The notes below the pieces were generated by a model. It did not search any database. It was given only the letters and a program-made list of their open reading frames with translations, and was not told where the DNA came from. From IMG/VR virus record IMGVR_UViG_3300030330_000851, positions 1 to 59,105 of that record: a stretch of DNA of 59,105 nucleotides. One strand, 5' to 3'. Source of the stretch: a virus (taxonomy: Duplodnaviria; Caudoviricetes). Positions 56,696 through 59,105 of this stretch are shown here, in pieces. The position numbers and the translations under genes are program-made. Position 1 is the stretch's first letter. The number at the start of each line of letters is the position of its first letter.

Positions 56696-56708
56696 GTTTT
56701 CTTTTTTT

Positions 56709-56879
56709 TTAGTTATAAATTTTACTGTCTAAGACTTCTATCTTTTTAATTAAACTTTTGTGCCTATCTAACTTAATAATTGCTTCTTCTTTTGTTTCAG
56801 CTTTTATTATGCTATAAACTTTTCGCCATCTAAAGTTTTTGTGGTCGCGTTCCTGATGTGTTATTTTGTATGTATTCAT
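56709..56879 (-). CDS. Hypothetical protein, 56 aa (MNTYKITHQ..YSIIKAETKEEA), not in the ORF track
   Basis: Hand translation; similar to 42650..42937. Confidence 0.7.
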   Translation of the reverse strand: MNTYKITHQERDHKNFRWRKVYSIIKAETKEEAIIKLDRHKSLIKKIEVLDSKIYN

Positions 56880-57084
56880 ATAAATAAATATTAATACGAC
56901 GCCTCAAGGCGTCAACGGTTAAACAATAATGACGCCTCAAGGCGTCACATATAAACATAATCAATAAGCTATTATAAGCGCGTTTAAGCGCGTTAAAATG
57001 CTCAAAGGTATGCAGGTACCACAAACAAATAAAGCCCGCTTAAAAGCAAGCTATTTAAATGAATTGGTACCGTTATACACTACC

Positions 57085-57114
57085 AAAAGCCCCCACCATT
57101 TACGGCAGGGGCTC
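57085..57114 (-). terminator. Terminator-like hairpin after the first early gene
   Basis: Minus strand AGCCCC..GGGGCT followed by TTTGG. Confidence 0.6.
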
Positions 57115-57137
57115 AAGATTAGATATGTAGTTAAGTA

Positions 57138-57806
57138 TTAGCTTAAATCAGCTGTTGTCATGTTAACGCCTGCTGATATACGCGCGTTTTGTTCGGACGT
57201 TTCAACAGCTTTTAACATTTCCATTAAAGCTTTTTTAACGTCGACCGTATCGCATGGGCTTTTGAAATTGCCTTGGCTGTCAATTCGCGCATGAACCTTT
57301 TTACCGTCTAAATCAAATGTAAAGGTAGCTTTTGATTTTTCGCGTCCGCTTTCGCTTTTGGCTTTCACGCCGTCCGCGTCACCGCCGTTTGCCGTTACTT
57401 TTTTATTCCATTTCAAAAAGCCTTGTATGGACGTTTGCAAGCTTTCATCTTTACACGCTTTAACGTACTTCTTTTTTAATTCGCCGTCTTTGGCAATTGC
57501 CGTATAAACTTGAATCATTCGGTTAGGGAATTTAGGGCTTTCATATCCGTAAACTTCAGTCATTAACAGCTTAACAGTCATATCTGAAAAACCAATTTCA
57601 TTTAGCTTAGCTTTGCCCTCGTCACTTTTAATCCATGCCTTTGCGCTTTTCATGATTTTAGCCTGTTGCAATTGCTTTTCAAATTTGCTTTTCGATACCT
57701 CAAAAGCGCTTTTATCAAAGCCTTTGATATCGGTGTTTAATTGGTTAAACTTATTTACGTTTAGGCTTCCTAAACTTTTCACTTTGTTTAAAATAGTATT
57801 ACTCAT
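57138..57806 (-). CDS. First early gene; Lys-rich hypothetical protein
   Basis: 222-aa ORF with its own promoter and terminator. Confidence 0.75.
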   Translation of the reverse strand: MSNTILNKVKSLGSLNVNKFNQLNTDIKGFDKSAFEVSKSKFEKQLQQAKIMKSAKAWIKSDEGKAKLNEIGFSDMTVKLLMTEVYGYESPKFPNRMIQVYTAIAKDGELKKKYVKACKDESLQTSIQGFLKWNKKVTANGGDADGVKAKSESGREKSKATFTFDLDGKKVHARIDSQGNFKSPCDTVDVKKALMEMLKAVETSEQNARISAGVNMTTADLS

Positions 57807-57877
57807 TTATTTAAGTATTATGACGCCTCAAGGCGTCGGTTCATATATAACATATTAGCACCGCGCTAATACGACGA

Positions 57878-58000
57878 CAATATTAATACATTACTATTAC
57901 AATAACAAGACAATTTGAAAATAATTATTAACAAGTTTTGAAGGCGATTGTTAATAACTCATGTAACTGCTTGATAGTCAGATCTTTACGTTGTTAATAA
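57878..58000 (-). promoter_or_regulatory. Early promoter TTG-N20-TAATATTG with three upstream DnaA-box-like 9-mers (TTATTAACA at 57925; TGTTAATAA at 57949 and 57992)
   Basis: Shares CAAGACAATTTGAAA-N4-box with the 55134 promoter. Confidence 0.55.
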
Positions 58001-58349
58001 ATATACAGAAACATTTAATAGTCTTTATTTGGGCGGGGGTGCTCCCCTTTTCCTTTGTTCATGTAACACGTGAAACGTAGCAGGGGCGGGGGCTATAGGG
58101 CTAACAGGTACAGGAGTACGGCGTATAATGGACGGACGGGCTAATACGCTACAACGTAGACGGGGCAATGGATACAGGCAAAAACAAAAACGCCAAAAAA
58201 TCGGGACGGCACCACAGAAAAACAAAATCGAGGGCAACAAAATATCGGTTTTGCATATGGGGGGTCGTTGCGTAAAACACCATAGTACCCAATACCTCCG
58301 GGTATCTAATATTTTTTTGTACCTTTGTGTAACACATAAACTTATAACC

Positions 58350-58541
58350 ATGGATGGATTAACAATAAAGAATGGCAGATTAATAAATGAGCGACCTGAT
58401 GGGATAACAGGTATTCAGCATGCTGCTAATATAAAGAGAGGAAGAAAGAACGCGAAGAAAGTTGAGCAGATAGCTGAGGGAGTAGCTATGGCTGACTCGA
58501 TTAGAGAGATGCAATCAATGCTTCACAAGAAGAAATTCTAA
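58350..58541 (+). CDS. Small hypothetical protein (MDGLTIKNGRLIN..)
   Basis: ATG at 58350 after TACCTTTG (58320-58327); followed by a terminator. Confidence 0.7.
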   Translation: MDGLTIKNGRLINERPDGITGIQHAANIKRGRKNAKKVEQIAEGVAMADSIREMQSMLHKKKF

Positions 58542-58564
58542 CAACGATGTCCTTAATGTTGTTT

Positions 58565-58593
58565 AGGGGATGCCTGAGGGTGTCCCTTTTTTT
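58565..58593 (+). terminator. Intrinsic terminator
   Basis: GGGATGCC-tgag-GGTGTCCC followed by a T-run. Confidence 0.75.
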
Positions 58594-58601
58594 ATTTATC
58601 C

Positions 58602-58790
58602 ATGTCGATAATAATATAGTTAGTGTCGATTCTATGTCGATTTTAAAATAGTTAAGTAATTGATTATTAATTAGTTATTTATTTTTATGTCGATATGTCG
58701 ATTTTAAAGTCTCGTATATAAGAAAGAGTTGCGCAGTAATAATAATATATATATATATATAGGGAAAAATTATTGACATCTGACATTAGA
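58602..58790. other. Origin-like locus B (five TGTCGAT plus AT-rich tract)
   Basis: TGTCGAT at 58603, 58624, 58635, 58688 and 58696; then TCGTATATAAG, (AT)n and inverted TGACAT twice. Confidence 0.55.
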
Positions 58791-58830
58791 GATATTTATA
58801 TATCTTTGTAGAAATTAAATTTAATTAAAT

Positions 58831-59105
58831 ATGCAACAACAAGGATACACTCCCAAGGACTTAAAGTTCGGTGAGGAGGGAAGGACAAAGTTACGTAGTG
58901 GTATAAATAAAATTGCTTCTGCGGTAAAGAGTACACTCGGTCCACGAGGGAACACGGTACTCATTGAATCACAACATCACACATCAGGAATCACAGTTAC
59001 TAAAGATGGTGTCACTGTCGCTAAGTCAATTGACCTAATAGACCCGGTGGAGAATCTCGCAGTGCGAATGATGAAGGAGGCAGCGGATAAGACTGCGAAC
59101 TTAGC
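58831..59105 (+). CDS. groEL: GroEL N-terminal part (continues at position 1 of the window)
   Basis: MQQQGYTPKDLKFGEEGR..AVKSTLGPRG..TVTKDGVTVAKSI; TATCTTTG at 58801-58808. Confidence 0.95.
   Translation, partial: MQQQGYTPKDLKFGEEGRTKLRSGINKIASAVKSTLGPRGNTVLIESQHHTSGITVTKDGVTVAKSIDLIDPVENLAVRMMKEAADKTANL
59029..59105. repeat. Terminal overlap, copy 2
   Basis: Identical to 1-77. Confidence 0.97.

Larger units (their letters stand above)
49839..57838. repeat. Dispersed palindrome YGACGCCT-(CA/TG)-AGGCGTCR, 9 copies: 49839-49856, 52119-52136, 53406-53423, 54488-54505, 55066-55083, 56520-56537, 56897-56914, 56930-56947, 57821-57838
   Basis: Read directly. The 16-nt core is identical in all copies except one mismatch at 53406; two copies (49839, 56520) are inverted. 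Confidence 0.95.

Noticed and set aside
56897-56947. Palindrome pair as a CRISPR mini-array
   Set aside because: Repeats are only 18 nt with a 15-nt spacer, the other copies are separated by whole genes, and there are no cas genes
56975-56994. Tandem TAAGCGCGTT repeat
   Set aside because: Two copies only and no context elsewhere; no function can be supported
58025-58351. ORFs 58025-58351(-), 58149-58337(-) and the 5' extension of 58128-58541(+)
   Set aside because: Atypical composition; the promoter box at 58320 supports the ATG at 58350
59029-59105. 77-bp terminal direct repeat as a biological terminal repeat
   Set aside because: It falls mid-groEL and equals a common assembler k-mer length; it shows circular assembly only
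1-59105. Stop-codon reassignment, tRNA genes, introns/inteins, DGR
   Set aside because: Genes are long and contiguous in code 11 with TAA, TAG and TGA all used as stops; I saw no cloverleaf, reverse transcriptase, intein motif or TR/VR pair

Overview
A complete, circularly assembled dsDNA tailed-phage genome of 59,028 bp. Bases 59029-59105 repeat bases 1-77, and groEL runs across the join. The host is very probably Bacteroidota/Flavobacteriia: TAnnTTTG promoter boxes precede most operons and starts lack Shine-Dalgarno sequences. The + strand (about 58.3 kb through the join to 42 kb) carries GroEL, GroES, clusters of small basic proteins, lysis genes, a second tandem-GroES-like gene, terminase, portal, scaffold, capsid, podovirus-type tail genes and three putative ejection proteins. 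The last of these is a 3873-aa polyvalent protein. The - strand (42-57.8 kb) carries nucleases, an SF2 helicase, a primase-helicase, recombination genes, a DnaA domain IV-like protein, an amidoligase with a GATase-GGCT partner, and many small early genes. I saw no DNA polymerase, integrase or tRNA. The most striking unexplained signals are: (1) nine copies of an 8-2-8 palindrome, YGACGCCT-CA-AGGCGTCR, confined to the early region and each upstream of a gene start; (2) near-identical 36-nt in-frame repeats bracketing cassette-like domains in the giant protein; (3) two homologous TGTCGAT-iteron/AT-rich origin-like loci; (4) DnaA boxes at a fixed position behind early promoters; (5) apparent near-total avoidance of CCAG/CTGG and GATC; and (6) a pseudoknot upstream of the SSB-like gene. 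All family assignments come from motif recognition, not database searches.
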